DNA of 50,912 nucleotides from assembly GCA_030167865.1 (NCBI GenBank), contig JALAGF010006032.1, positions 1 to 50,912 of the forward strand, given 5' to 3'. Of the stretch, positions 9,372 through 21,644 are shown piece after piece; position 1 is the stretch's first letter, and each line of letters starts with the position of its first letter. The position numbers and the translations under genes were made by a program. Under the pieces are notes generated by a model. That model did not search any database. It saw only the letters and a list, made by a program, of their open reading frames with translations, and was not told the DNA's origin. Source of the stretch: Craspedostauros australis (taxonomy: Eukaryota).

Positions 9372-11501
9372 TCACCTGGTGAGATCAGCGGCTGACCCTT
9401 CCCTCACAGCCCTCACGAGCAATTCGAAATGGCGTTGCTGAGCTTCGGCGATGCGATCAGCCAAGAGGTTCGCCACCACGACAGAGCGGGGTGACGAGTG
9501 CAGTATCCTCGTGGGTTGCTGTTGCAGATGTTCAGATGGCTTCCGAATGGATGGAGATGACGCCGGTGCTGGCACGATGACTTCTTCCATATTGGCCTTC
9601 TGTTCACAGCCGTCGCAAGATGCAGGCGTTGTATTCGTTGGGGCAAGATCCCCTGCTGGAGCCGCTGCACGGGCATCGCTCTGTCTGTCATGTGGTGGAT
9701 CTTTGATTTGCGTCGATCCTCGTTGACGTTGCTCGTCGTTCATGGTACCCTGACGATCTTTATATCCTCCGGTGCGATCTGGCGCTTCATCGGGAGGTTG
9801 AGATGACGCGCTGTCCTTTGCTGATGCTGGATTCGGCCTCTTGGGTGCTGGTGGCATCGGAGACAGCTTGCGGATTGGTTGGCGCGGAGGGAAGTAGCTG
9901 GAGGCAGATGCGCGCTGTGCCTTCCCCGGCTGCGTCCGTGGCTGAGATCGTGGTGGCGTATGCGATCGGGTTGCTGCTGGTGGTGGCGATACCAGCGATG
10001 TTGATTGTAATGATGGCATTTTGTCACAAGTCTCCGCATCCGTCATTCTGTGCATATGGCGGGAGCTGACGGCATTTTCAGCGCTGCTTTGGTGAAATTG
10101 ATGCAGCGCACCACAATCTCCTACCTCGCTATTGGTGGCAATTGAGACGGCCGATTCGGACGCACATCCAAAGGTATCCACACTTTCATCGTACGAAGGC
10201 GATGCGTTGATGATCGAGTTGCTCTCGCTCGCCTTTGCGAGGAGGGAGAATTCCGATATTTTTAGTGTGCGATTGTCGTTGTTGCCGTCGTTGTTGATGA
10301 TGATGCTGCTGCGTGTGTTACCGTCGTCGCATCTTTGCGAACGAGAGATTGGATGCGAGATTAATTGCAGCCTGGATTGGGTTCCGCAAGCTGGTTTTCC
10401 GTTTGCTCGTGCAGGAGATGGCGTGATGGCGGATGATCGCGGTGGCGGCCGTGGTGGCGAGAGTCCCGACCGCTGGTGATGCTTTGGCGCATCGGCGTGG
10501 GTCGACAAGGAAATCTGGGCTGTTGGTTCAGGATCGCACGAGATGGTGTCGATGGAGACATCGGCGCCATGGCAGCTCTCCTGCCGAATGGGGAGCACAG
10601 GGAGACCGGAGGAAGAATCGCCTGCTTTTGCAGAATGTGGAGCTTGTCGATGCGAGGCGCGATGCGCCGCCGTCAATCCAGTATGCGAAGCATTGGACCA
10701 CTTGTCGAATCGGATCGGTCTGGAGAAGACAATGGGCTTTCGAGACGAGTCGTTGAGGCCGGTCTGGACCTGCAAATCGGGGGAAGGCGTCGCGCTGAAA
10801 TGAAGAGGAGCAGACGAGTGCGCAGTTTCGGATTGACGGACGCGGAAATCGGTTGACGTGAGCCCACGGTTGTCCTGCGAATGATTATGGTGTGCATCAT
10901 GTCCATCGTTGGCGTCCGGGACTTCGAGGTTGTAGGAGCCGCAATCATCAAGCTCGCTCCCCAGCGTGAGCTCCGAAATCAGGCGACGATGCGACGGTGG
11001 GATTGGGCATGACATGCTGTGGCGATCGTTTGCGGAGGTTTGAGCTGCTCTGCGTTGGGTTGGAGCATCAGCATCCATCAATGAGATGCTGTTGTCGTCG
11101 TCATTGTCATCATCGTCGTCATCATCGTAGAACTCCTGAGTTGCGGCATGCTCGCCATCTGCGTGCTGACCATCTGCCACAGTGTCAGTCCTGGCCGCAG
11201 GGTCAGCAAGGATATTCGGCAGCCGACAGGCGAAGGAGGTGGATCGCTGGAAGTATGATTTGGGCTGAGTTGGCGGCGACAGCTTATCGACGATGTGGCC
11301 TGTCCTCCGCGCCAATCCATTGCGATGGGCGTCGCTCTGTTGCCGAGGTTGTGCGCTGTCCTTGCTTGGCGCCCATGGTGTCATTGTTGTCATTGTTGTC
11401 ACTGGTGTCACTGGTGTCACTGGTGTCATGCTCGTACTTGTGGGTCGTTGCTGGTCGCGCTTGTTCGCCGCACGGAGGTGGAGGGATGAGCTCACGGTCA
11501 T
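9372..11501 (-). CDS. Hypothetical Ser/Pro/Ala-rich, intrinsically disordered protein (~709 aa)
   Basis: Uninterrupted 2.1-kb ORF with first ATG at 11501. It has a poly-Asp tract, TPV/TTM repeats and several PxxPxRxxS-like motifs, and is flanked by AT-richer intergenic DNA. No recognisable domain. Confidence 0.65.
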   Translation of the reverse strand: MTVSSSLHLRAANKRDQQRPTSTSMTPVTPVTPVTTMTTMTPWAPSKDSAQPRQQSDAHRNGLARRTGHIVDKLSPPTQPKSYFQRSTSFACRLPNILADPAARTDTVADGQHADGEHAATQEFYDDDDDDDNDDDNSISLMDADAPTQRRAAQTSANDRHSMSCPIPPSHRRLISELTLGSELDDCGSYNLEVPDANDGHDAHHNHSQDNRGLTSTDFRVRQSETAHSSAPLHFSATPSPDLQVQTGLNDSSRKPIVFSRPIRFDKWSNASHTGLTAAHRASHRQAPHSAKAGDSSSGLPVLPIRQESCHGADVSIDTISCDPEPTAQISLSTHADAPKHHQRSGLSPPRPPPRSSAITPSPARANGKPACGTQSRLQLISHPISRSQRCDDGNTRSSIIINNDGNNDNRTLKISEFSLLAKASESNSIINASPSYDESVDTFGCASESAVSIATNSEVGDCGALHQFHQSSAENAVSSRHMHRMTDAETCDKMPSLQSTSLVSPPPAATRSHTPPRSQPRTQPGKAQRASASSYFPPRQPIRKLSPMPPAPKRPNPASAKDSASSQPPDEAPDRTGGYKDRQGTMNDEQRQRGSTQIKDPPHDRQSDARAAAPAGDLAPTNTTPASCDGCEQKANMEEVIVPAPASSPSIRKPSEHLQQQPTRILHSSPRSVVVANLLADRIAEAQQRHFELLVRAVREGSAADLTR

Positions 11502-12592
11502 GTTCGCCCTCTTGATTGGAACGACTGTTGCTTGCACAATTGTCTCTGCGGTTGCCTTTGCTCTCGACGGTTGTGATCGGTGTGGTGAATGATGCTGTTT
11601 GTAGTAATATAGAATATCATAGAATACAATAGTAAGTATTACATGCTATTCAATACAATAAGATGGACTGGCGGCAATTCCAATTGCCCTTGTGCTTGCT
11701 GAGAGAAGCGGAATAGAGTACGGTGGGAGTTCACTGTGTCAGTGCCGGAGTCAATGGAGAAAGACGAAGCGTGTTGATAGAGTGTTTCGATGATGAACAG
11801 GAGCACCTTGGATCAGCACCAACCCTGCTGAAGTCTTGGCAGCCAAGAACATGCAGCGGTGGGTGCGGACCCACAATTCTCTTGTCTCCGCCTTCCTACG
11901 CGCAAACCACCCACAAACATCTCACTTCCGACAAAGCCCGACCATGGTGGGCACACCACACCTCCAACAACACAACATCAATAACGCGCCAACAACCCCA
12001 TCCAACATACAACCAACGCGCGCAACGACAAATTCGTCTTCTTCTCAACAATGCCCGCGACATCGGAGTCGATTACGCAATTAACGTTGGCAACGGTTGT
12101 TCATCGTTCACATGACCATGTGTGTCTCATGTCTCAGTTTTGAATTCCCAAAATTCGAACAACCTCAACAAAATATAGTAGCGCTTTTGAGCCAACTTTG
12201 CTTCCTCAATTTCGACATGGTGGGAGCAATTTATATTGTAATTATACCGCAGATCCCGACATGGAATACTGAGTATTGATTCATTTGACTTTATTGACAC
12301 AGTGGACCAGACTGTACGTCGTCGGTAATGTCGGGGATGTGCGAACGGAGAAATTCAAATTCAAATTCGACAACAACGCGCAAGGACCCAAGCAAACTGA
12401 TTCGGAACTCGATCTTGATTGTGTTTGTGCGCGAGAGAGACACGATACGAGCAGCTCGCGCTGCGTGGAGCGCGGACCTGCCGGATTACATCATTGTGTC
12501 CCTGACACAGAACCTCGCCAGCATCCGTGTGAGTGCGAACTATTAAAATACGATGTGCCACAACTGAAACGATTCCAGCAGGGACATCAACC

Positions 12593-15500
12593 ATGGGACG
12601 GTATCAACTCAACTTTGACGACGATCACGACGATGATCGCGATCATGACGGTGATGTTGGTCATGACGAATATGACAATGGCCACACCGGCAGCAGCAAC
12701 AACAACGCGTTGGTGGCCCATGGACAGGACAAATCGGGCGAGGAGGGGGAGTTGATTGATGGGATTCCAACCGAGGAAGAGCATCACAACGGACGTCCTG
12801 CATCTCACAGCGGGAGCTTCTGGCGGCCGTTGCATCGAGCTGTCATGTGCCATGATGGTAATGGTGATGGCTATGGTGATGGCTATGATGATGGAAGTGC
12901 CATGAGCGTCGATGGTGGCGACAGCTACACCAATTACGACCGCAAGAATCGTGCCGAGCGAAACAACGGCAACCGACGCGAGCATCAGTATCCGAATGAC
13001 GATCGTCGTCATGATCAGTGGAATGAAGATGATCCGCACAGGTACGGAGACGGCAAGTACGAGGACGAGAAGGATTATCATCAGAAATCGGGTCAATCTC
13101 GTTTCTTTGGCGGTCAGAGCCGCAGTCGCGGGTGGCCTTGGCAGGACCATACGAATGACTACGACGATGATTCCGACAGCCAGGATTATGATTATGACCA
13201 TGGCCGAGGCTCCTCGTATTATAGTGAAAGCGATCAAAGTGAGTATTCCGATTACACGAATGATGGCCGTAGGTATCATGGCAACAGATACGATGGGATC
13301 AACGACAAAGGGGATCGGGGCGACACGCGGTATGACCGATATAGTCGACACAGACATCCACGATCTTCCCGAGAGGCAGGTCAGGATCAACGTCACCCTC
13401 AACGTGGACGAAATGTGCCACGACACCGGCGGGATTACCAGGATGCGTACGACGATGTCCAGCAACGAAGATCCCGTCGTGGAGGCGACAATCGGAGCAA
13501 ACGAAATCACATCTCGCGATTCTTCTCAAGACGATCTGCCGACCGCGACGATGAGGTCGACGATGGTTCAATCGATTCAAACTCCAGACGAGATCACTTG
13601 TACTCGGACGACGATTCTCGTCTGCACACCAGTACCAACAGATATCGGGATGAAGGAGGGGTGGTCGCAAGGCATGATCACGATTCGGAAGATTCGCTCA
13701 TGCAACACGATGATCGCGACAACGGTCATGCTATTGCCCAGAATCACTATCACGTCTACTATATCACGCCTCCAGCTCCTTCCAACAATACCCGCACCAG
13801 TAGCAGCAGCATAGCTATTGGTGTTGGTGATACCAACGGCAAGGGCGACGGTAATGACAACACCAGTGTCGACGACAGCACTGCAGAAAATGCCGACGCT
13901 ACGGGGAACCCCGAAGGCCATAGATGGACCATGCCTCCGTATCTCAACTTGCCGAAGTGGTGCTCCCCCTGGGTGGTGCTGGTGACTTTTCTGGCCATCG
14001 TCACGAATGTGCTCCTTGCGTACGGCCCACCAGCACCGCCCATCCCCACGATGGCTGGAGGCGACCACAGGTTGCCAGCTGCTGATGCAACAGGTGAGGA
14101 GCTGAAAAATTTGTCTTGGTCGAGTTTCATGCTGCAGCAAGGAAGCCTGCTGATCCACCTCGTGTATCTTTGGTGTTTCCAGCTGCCCGGTCACGTCGCG
14201 AGCTGGTGCTGGACAGGGATCCAAGACGATCTCCTTCACAAGGTGATGCTTGGACGCGCCAGCGACTTTGATGTTGCACCACAGACGGGTTGTCAGTGGG
14301 CGCCTTCGATTGCGGGTCAATCGCATCTCATCACATCCAAAAAACCAACAGCGCACAGCGGCGCTCAAATGAGGAGTGAGCAGCCGGAGATCGTACCCCA
14401 TACTCTCGTAGAGCAGCTGCAGCATACATTGGAGAAGGACTTCATGGGCCATTCCATTGCGATGTCCAAACTCTCCGAAGCCTTGTTGCACTGGAGATTT
14501 TCGAACTCACGCGTCGATGATGGCAACAGAACGACACTTGGTAAACAACACAGAGCTGGACCTTTCTTCATGTACTTGGCCAGTGGGGCCGTTGGAGCCG
14601 GAAGGACGCATCTGGTATCGATACTGGCAGAGGTACTGTTCAAGCCGACATCCTGCACCAGCGATCAAGCTGTGCTCGATTTGAGGGAATGGCTCATATC
14701 CCACGATGGTTCTAGCGAGACAAGCGTCGAACACGATTTGGTGAAGAGGCTGGTTGATTTTCAGAGAATGGAATCCAGTGCATTCATAGCCATCCTCCCT
14801 GAGCCTGTCATGGCTGCTGGTGGTGGCAGTGGCAGCGTTGACACCGGCACTCGTATGATGCCCGACGAGAAGTCATCACCGTACAGTTTGCATGACCTTT
14901 GGAATGAGGTGCAAGACTATCTGGATGTGCTCAAGGATGTAATCGTTATCATTACAACATCTCCTGGCGCATTGCCATCGTCGTCGCCTCCATCCCAACC
15001 ATCCACAACCACGAAGATAATCGAAAAGACCATCCAAAAGTTTGGAGCCGAGCAGGCACAGCGGGAGCTCCCGTCCTTTCTGGCTTATGAGCTGGATCGC
15101 AAGCATGGGTCGATCGACCTCGACAAATCTGTGGGAATTTCAAAGGTGCGTACGGTGCAGTTGTCATGTATTATGTACGAATACTCGTATTTCTGCTCTA
15201 CATTCATTCCCAATCCCACGTCAATGTCCATGTCCATGTGTGCATCCATAGAGCTGCGACCAAGTCGAAGAACAAGTCCTGGAAGCTGCCGCTGATTGAC
15301 TCATACATCCCATTCCTTGGTCTTTCTTGTTTGGTGGACTGTGCGCTCGGTTGTGGGCTCTTTTATCCATCCATCCATCCACTTTCAATGCACCTTCAAT
15401 GCACATTCGACATTGGGCGCGCAGGCATTCCATGTGATCACACCTCTTCTGCCTCTCACACCAGGTACGATGAGGAGGATCCTGCAAAAACGCCTCGAAG

Positions 15501-16057
15501 CGTCGATGATGCGACAAGCAGACCCTGCATTGTACATAACGCAGATCCATACGAACAGGCGCTTGCTGGATTCTTTGCTGCGGCGCAACATCGAATTCCA
15601 AACATGGATACATAAAGCCACCAACCAAGAGCTCTTTTCGTACGCAACGCACGGTGCTCATTCGATCGATCCTTTGGTCCAACAAATGGCACGGTCCATG
15701 GGTTCTTGTTGGAAGGCCATCGGCCCAGATACCTCTGTACCAACACCGTCACGTTGGCAGCTGATTCCTTGGGGTCTGCTCTTTTCTCCAGCCCGGTCAC
15801 CACAAGGAACAGAGGCAAAGACTCACAGGATGCTGACGTTGGGGCTGGAACACAACAGCGAGTACGTGATGATCGTCCGGATGTGCAATGCAGGCAGTAT
15901 CATTCCAGATGTTGACACCGTCGAAGGAAATGGCGACGTTGGTGGTGGCCCGGAATCTGCCGTTCGCGGAGACGGTGGTGGTGATGATGATGGCGATGGA
16001 AGTGGCAGGTCTGGCATTGATCAGCACTGCGATCTTCTGTGTCGTGTGCAGTTGTGA
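12593..16057 (+). CDS. Membrane-anchored torsin/ClpB-like AAA+ domain protein with degenerate Walker motifs and a long D/R/H-rich N-terminus; exons 12593-15145 and 15425-16057 (~1061 aa)
   Basis: About 460 aa of disordered D/R/Y/H-rich N-terminus, then a TM helix (WVVLVTFLAIVTNVLLAYG). Torsin-like elements follow in order: LEKDFMGHSIA, PFFMYLASGAVGAGRTHLVSILAEVLF, VIVIITTSPG, FHVITPLLPLTPGTMRRIL, FSYATHGAHSI. The phase-0 intron 15146 (GTGCGT) to 15424 (GCAG) joins the ORFs in frame. The gene is well supported; the family call is by eye. Confidence 0.7.
15146..15424 (+). other. Spliceosomal intron (279 bp) of the torsin-like gene
   Basis: AAG|GTGCGT ... GCGCAG|GCATTC. The intron contains the ORF stop and a (CCAT)n tract; splicing gives ...GISK|AFHVITPLLP. 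Confidence 0.7.
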
Positions 16058-17443
16058 GGGGTGTGTTGGCACGTGATGGAAACGCATCGGCACTTGGCGG
16101 GGCATGAGAGAGACGAAAAGAGTGAAAGAAGCATGTTCTCCAGTTGGCGTGGGGGAACAGGTTGGCGGTTTTGGGGAGCCAACGCATCTTTGTCGGGACG
16201 GCTCGCAGGATGCAAACGCTCTTCTTTCGGGCATGAAAAGAACCCCTTCCCCATCATGTTCGCAAATTCTCTACTATACTTAACTGCACTCGTAACACAC
16301 CCCACACCGAGTGAATGACCATCCACCAACGAAGACGCCTCCGGTCAGCAGGCCTCGCCTGAATCTGGACCCGGTAGTTTTTGCCCAAACAATCTTCGCT
16401 GAATGGAATGTGATGAGCCTTGGTCACCAATACATCGTCGCTGAACCTCCGGTGAGCAGCATGCGACCCCATTCGGTGACACATCCACAGGAACAACAGC
16501 ACCACTGCACCGTACAGAACAGCATAATATGCAGACTTTCAAGTCGGTCGGCGCACCACTCCGGAAGGCGCGACGACTATGGTGCTGTGAACGCGCGCCA
16601 CAAGTACAAAGATGCCTGTGTGATTGTGCTCGACGGGACGAAATCAGGACTGACATGGGTGAGTGTCACAGAACCAATGTCCATTCCACAAATTCCGTTT
16701 CTCGCGACCAGGTTCTGGCTTCACAATTCTTATCCTTTTTGTCAATGCCCGCTGCAGTGTTCGCTTGTGGAAGACAATCGTGTCTGTTTCCTTTCGTTCT
16801 CTCGTCATGGCACCAACGTTGAACCTGTGATCTGGTTCCAAGGTCGTGCTCCTCCGCAGTTCGCGCACCCAAGACCAACCGAATCGCTTGTTTCGTCACC
16901 AGTGGCAACAGCAACAGCAGCTTGGAGGCAACGGAAGTGGGCAATTCACGGTGTGAAGTTCGCCCTGGCGCGTGTATCTCTGTGGACGGCCGCGCCGTTC
17001 GTGGATCGTGGGCACATGATACAATTATCATTGGAGTTGAGCCATTCCCGACGTTGTTTGTGGAATGCGTTTGTGTCAGAAGCTGTGTGGTCATGATGGC
17101 CTCTGTTTGCATGATGCGTGTGCGAGTATGGGAGCATACATAGGTCGTACATAGCTCGCAGGCAACTGCTTCGTGTTTGTACATCTTCTTGTGCCCACGA
17201 GCAACGAGTGCTTGTATCTGCGTAGCCGTGGTTGGGACGATGGATAGAGAAGTTCACACAAATTGTACCATCCTCGTTCCAGTGCTTCCGGCCTCATCTT
17301 CGATCAAAGGCACAGCACAGATACTCGCACACGCAGCAACAAAGAAAGCAACAGCTCCAGGAATCAACCCACCAACCAACCCACCAACCAAGCGAACGAA
17401 GGAAGGAACAAAGATAAGAGGGATCGACCAGCTGCATCGCATC

Positions 17444-20400
17444 ATGAACAGCAACCAGGAGAACCATCATTGTGATGCAATGGCGATCAATAACACCAAC
17501 ACCAACACCACTAGTGTTGTGAGCAACAGCAGCAGCAGCAGCAGCACCGAAGGCATCAATCAGAACGGGAATGAAGCGGACACCAGGTCGTTGTCCAGCT
17601 TCGCGGAGGACACAGGCTCGAACGGCGGATCCACGTACGGCGGCCGCGATTCTGCTTCGACCATCAATCTGGTGAAGCCAAAGCAGCAAGGCACTCGTGG
17701 GGGAGATGCTGGCAACCATCGACGGCGGTTGGCGCACAGAGAAAGCAGCCAGATCCGATACTCGAAGGCCTTGATGCTGGCCGTGCTGGGGTTAGCAGCA
17801 GGTCTGATGGGATACTTCACATTCACCATCTTCTCAAACAAGGAGGACGATGAATTTAACTTTGAGGTATGTCGCTCCTTCATGGTGTGGCCAAGCCCCC
17901 ACTTCGTGCCATACAGAATTGTTCTCGTGCGAACGATTATATGATATTATTATGATGGTGCCAATGCTCTGCTGGCTCTCCTTGATCTCACTATCTTTAC
18001 GACATCGTGTTACTCCGCCCTATCTTGTTGCCTGTCTTTGCCTTGCTTTGCCAATCTTGTTGATGTTACATCAATGGTTGCGACCACCCGCTTCCCCGCC
18101 ATGCTCTACAATCCTTGCCGTTCCTTGCGACGGATGCACATTGGCGTATCAGTTCAACGCCTACGGCAACGAAGTCCTCGACAGTTCCGTCATCACCGCA
18201 CAAAACATCTTCGCAACGATTGAATCAATGAGCGTGGTCATCACGTCCTTCGCACAGGCCACCAACGCAACATGGCCGTTCGTGACAATCCCAGACTACG
18301 CTCACAGGGGCAGCAATCTGCTCGAGCTGTCCGGCTCCACCTACCTTGGACTGCTACCTCTCGTCACCGCAGAAAACCGACCGAAGTGGGAAACCTATTC
18401 TCAAGAGAACGCAGGGTGGCTAGATGATCCGCTGCCCGAAAGCTTGTTGAACGCAGGCAGTGGCAGCTTTGGTGTCAGGTCCCGTGCCCGTGGACTGTTC
18501 TCATTCGGTAACGACATGCCTGCGGGCTCGCCACCAAGCGCGGATGCCAACGTCACATCCAATGGTGCTTCCGGTGGCAGCGGTGACTATGGTGGTGGTG
18601 ACTATGGTGGCGGTGGTGGTGATGGTGGTGGCTATGGTGGCGGTGGTGATGGGGAGGATGGAGACAAGTTTTCGGGTGGGGAATGGCCCGGATCTGGTCC
18701 CGGAGCCTCGTCCAAGATCGTCCCGTACATCTACACGTTTGGCGATGATGGCAGCTTCATTCCCATCCCGGACACGAGCATTCCTGATCCGTACTACTGC
18801 GTGTTCTGGCAAGTCACTCCGCCAGCTTCCAACATCGTCAACTTCAATGCGCTGGCATTCGGAGGCATCTTTGAAAACGTCTACGACACTATGCTTGAGG
18901 CAGGCACGGCCGTTCTATCCCCCATGTCGATCAAGGAGGCAAATCTGACAGATCCCGGCACCTGGCCATTCAGCTACCTCCTGCAACCAATCCACGAAAC
19001 TCTCGAGGCGGGTTCGCCCATCGTGGCCCTGTTTGGCGCCGCAATTCCATGGCAGAACTACTTCGAGCGCGTCCTCCCCGACAACGTCCAGAGCCTCCTG
19101 GCTGTCGTCAAAAACACATGCGACCAGACCGTCACCTACCGTATCGATGGGCCTGACGTCTTCTACATGGGCAACGAAGATCTCCACGACAAAAAGTTCA
19201 GGCATATGGCACTCAGCAGAAGCTTCGATGCGTTGAACCCGCTGGAAGGAGATTCCGTGTGCACGTACTCTGTGCACCTCTACCCAACTCAAGACTTCGA
19301 AGACGGCTACAAGTCGCGGTATCCCCTGCTCTACACAATCGCCGTGGTGCTCATCTTTGTCGTTACATCAGCCATCTTCACGCTGTACGATTGCCTCGTG
19401 GAGAAGCGCCAAACTCTCGTGATGCACTCCGCCGTCAGGACCGGCGCCATTGTCAGTTCGCTGTTCCCAGCCCAGTTCCGCGACCGGGTCATCGAAGATG
19501 ACGCAGCGAAACAAAAGACACTGAATGGTGGCAGCAACGCCTGGAACAGCGCGCAGCCGCAGGGAGTCGACAGCAGGATGCAGCAAGCCAATCGTGGCGA
19601 GAATGAGAAGACGAGGCTACTGATGTCGCGCCCGATCGCCGATTTGTTTCCATCCGTGACGGTGATGTTTGCTGACATCGCTGGCTTCACGGCTTGGTCC
19701 AGCGTGCGAGAGCCGTCGCAGGTGTTCACGTTGCTGGAACAAATCTACAGCTCCTTCGATGTCGTCGCCAACCGCCGCCGTGTCTTCAAGGTCGAGACCA
19801 TCGGTGATTGCTACGTGGCAGCATGCGGGTTGCCTGAAGCTCGCGATGATCATGCCGTGGTCATGATCCGATTCGCCCGCGAATGCCTCCACGAGATGGT
19901 GGAGGCCGTGCAGTCGCTGGAGGTTCTGCTTGGACCGGACACCGCGGAACTCGCCATGCGGGTTGGCATTCATTCTGGCTCTGTCACTGCCGGGGTCCTG
20001 CGTGGGGAGAAGACAAGATTCCAGCTCTTCGGCGACACCGTGAACACGGCAGCGCGGATGGAGAGCACGGGCATCCGGAATCGAATCCACATATCTGCGG
20101 AAACGGCCGCGTTGCTTCGGTCTTGCGGGAAGGGCCATTGGGTGTCGGCCCGGGAGGAGACGGTGCACGTCAAGGGCAAGGGTGACACTCAGACTTACTG
20201 GGCGTCAGCACGGAGGTCTGCTGCGGCATCCACAGCGTCTGCTGCATCCTCAGGACCTGCAGGCCTCGGCAAGTCCGGCCGAGGCAACCATGAGGAGTCG
20301 TCGTCGCCCGCACGAATCAACCCCAACGACGAACTGCAGCAGACTGTCCATTCCGTGAGGCGAAGCAAGATCATGAAGCAGCTGGGTCACGAGCGCAAGA

Positions 20401-21644
20401 TCCAGCGGTTGATCGAGTGGAACGCGGAGGTGCTGCAGGGGCTGCTCCAAAAGATCATCGCCATGCGCAACAACCCGAACGCACCCTGCACCGACCTGCT
20501 CATCCACTCGGGTCAGGACCGAACGGTCCTTGACGAAGTGGAGGAGATCATCCATCTCCCAGGCAAGGCAGCCAAGTACCATCATGACCCTGCCACTATC
20601 GAGCTCCATCCTGACGTCACCCGGCAGCTCCAGGATTACGTTTCTAGCATCGCGCAGATGTACCGCCCCAACTCTTTCCACGGCTTTGAGCATGCTTCCC
20701 ACGTCGTGCAGTCCGTGACGAAGCTCCTGTCCCGCGTGGTCACCCCGGATTCCATCGATTACCAGGAGATGGCGTACAAGCAGCAGCTAGGCGCAGCCAA
20801 GATGCACGAGTTCACGTACGGCATCGCGTCCGATCCGCTGACGCAGTTTGCCTGCGCCTTTTCCGCGCTGATCCACGACGTCGATCATACCGGCGTGCCC
20901 AACTCCATCTTGATCAAGGAGCAGACCGACGTTGCCGCGCACTACAACAACAAGAGCGTCGCCGAGCAGAACTCGGTGGATCTGGCGTGGGAGCTGCTGA
21001 ACCAGCCCGAATTCAAGTCACTGCGAGCCTGCATCTACCAAACCAAGGAGGAGTTGCGTCGATTCCGGCAGCTGGTTGTAAATTCGGTCATGGCAACCGA
21101 TATCGCCGACAAGGGTCTGGGGACGCTAAGAAAGGCACGGTGGGAGAAGGCGTTTGCCGACGACTCGCGATCCAGCAGCCTCGATGACGCGGCCTCTACT
21201 TCGACGGTCAGCCAACTCGACAACGCGGGCAACACGCACGGCGATGGCGAGACAAGCAAGAGAAGGCCAAGGTCGAAGAGGGAGTCCTCCAGGACCGCCA
21301 CGAACCGCAAGGCGACCATCGTCATCGAGCATCTCATCCAGGCATCGGACGTGTCCCACACGATGCAGCACTGGCACGTGTATCTGAAATGGAACGAACG
21401 GTTGTTCCACGAGATGTACGCGTCCTACCTGGCAGGCCGTTCCGAGGACGACCCATCATTGGCATGGTACGAGGGGGAGCTTGGATTCTTTGATTTCTAC
21501 CTCATCCCGTTGGGAAAGAAGCTGGCAACTTGCGGGGTGTTCGGCGTCACGTCGGATGAGTACCTGAACTACGCCCTGGCCAACCGCGCCGAGTGGGAAG
21601 CCAAGGGCAAGCAGATCGTTCAAGGGTATCTGTCGAAATACTAA
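17444..21644 (+). CDS. Receptor-type guanylate/adenylate cyclase - class I cyclic-nucleotide phosphodiesterase fusion (GC/PDE); exons 17444-17866 and 18153-21644 (~1304 aa)
   Basis: TM1 (ALMLAVLGLAAGLMGYFTFTIF), an extracellular CHASE-like region (WPFVTIPDY...LLPLVT...WETYS) and TM2 (LLYTIAVVLIFVVTSAIFTLY). Class III cyclase motifs: VTVMFADIAGFTAWS, FKVETIGDCYVAACG, RVGIHSGSVTAGV, RFQLFGDTVNTAARMES. PDE motifs: FHGFEHASHV, HDVDHTGVPN, ATDI, QASDVSH, ELGFFDFY. The phase-0 intron 17867 (GTATGT) to 18152 (TCAG) joins ...FNFE|FNAYG. Confidence 0.93.
17867..18152 (+). other. Spliceosomal intron (286 bp) of the GC/PDE gene
   Basis: Donor GAG|GTATGT, pyrimidine-rich body, acceptor TATCAG|TTC; links the TM1 exon to the main exon in frame. 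Confidence 0.8.

Noticed and set aside
12587..14491. ~300-aa alternative-frame and antisense ORFs over the torsin-like gene
   Set aside because: Shadows of GAT/GAC-rich low-complexity coding sequence.
16311..17096. 261-aa plus-strand ORF
   Set aside because: No recognisable motif and no coding-type codon bias; probably intergenic, though not excluded without RNA data.
17850..18152. Hydrophobic N-terminal 101 aa of the 1264-aa ORF
   Set aside because: Mostly read-through of a pyrimidine-rich intron; the real TM1 is in the upstream exon in another frame.
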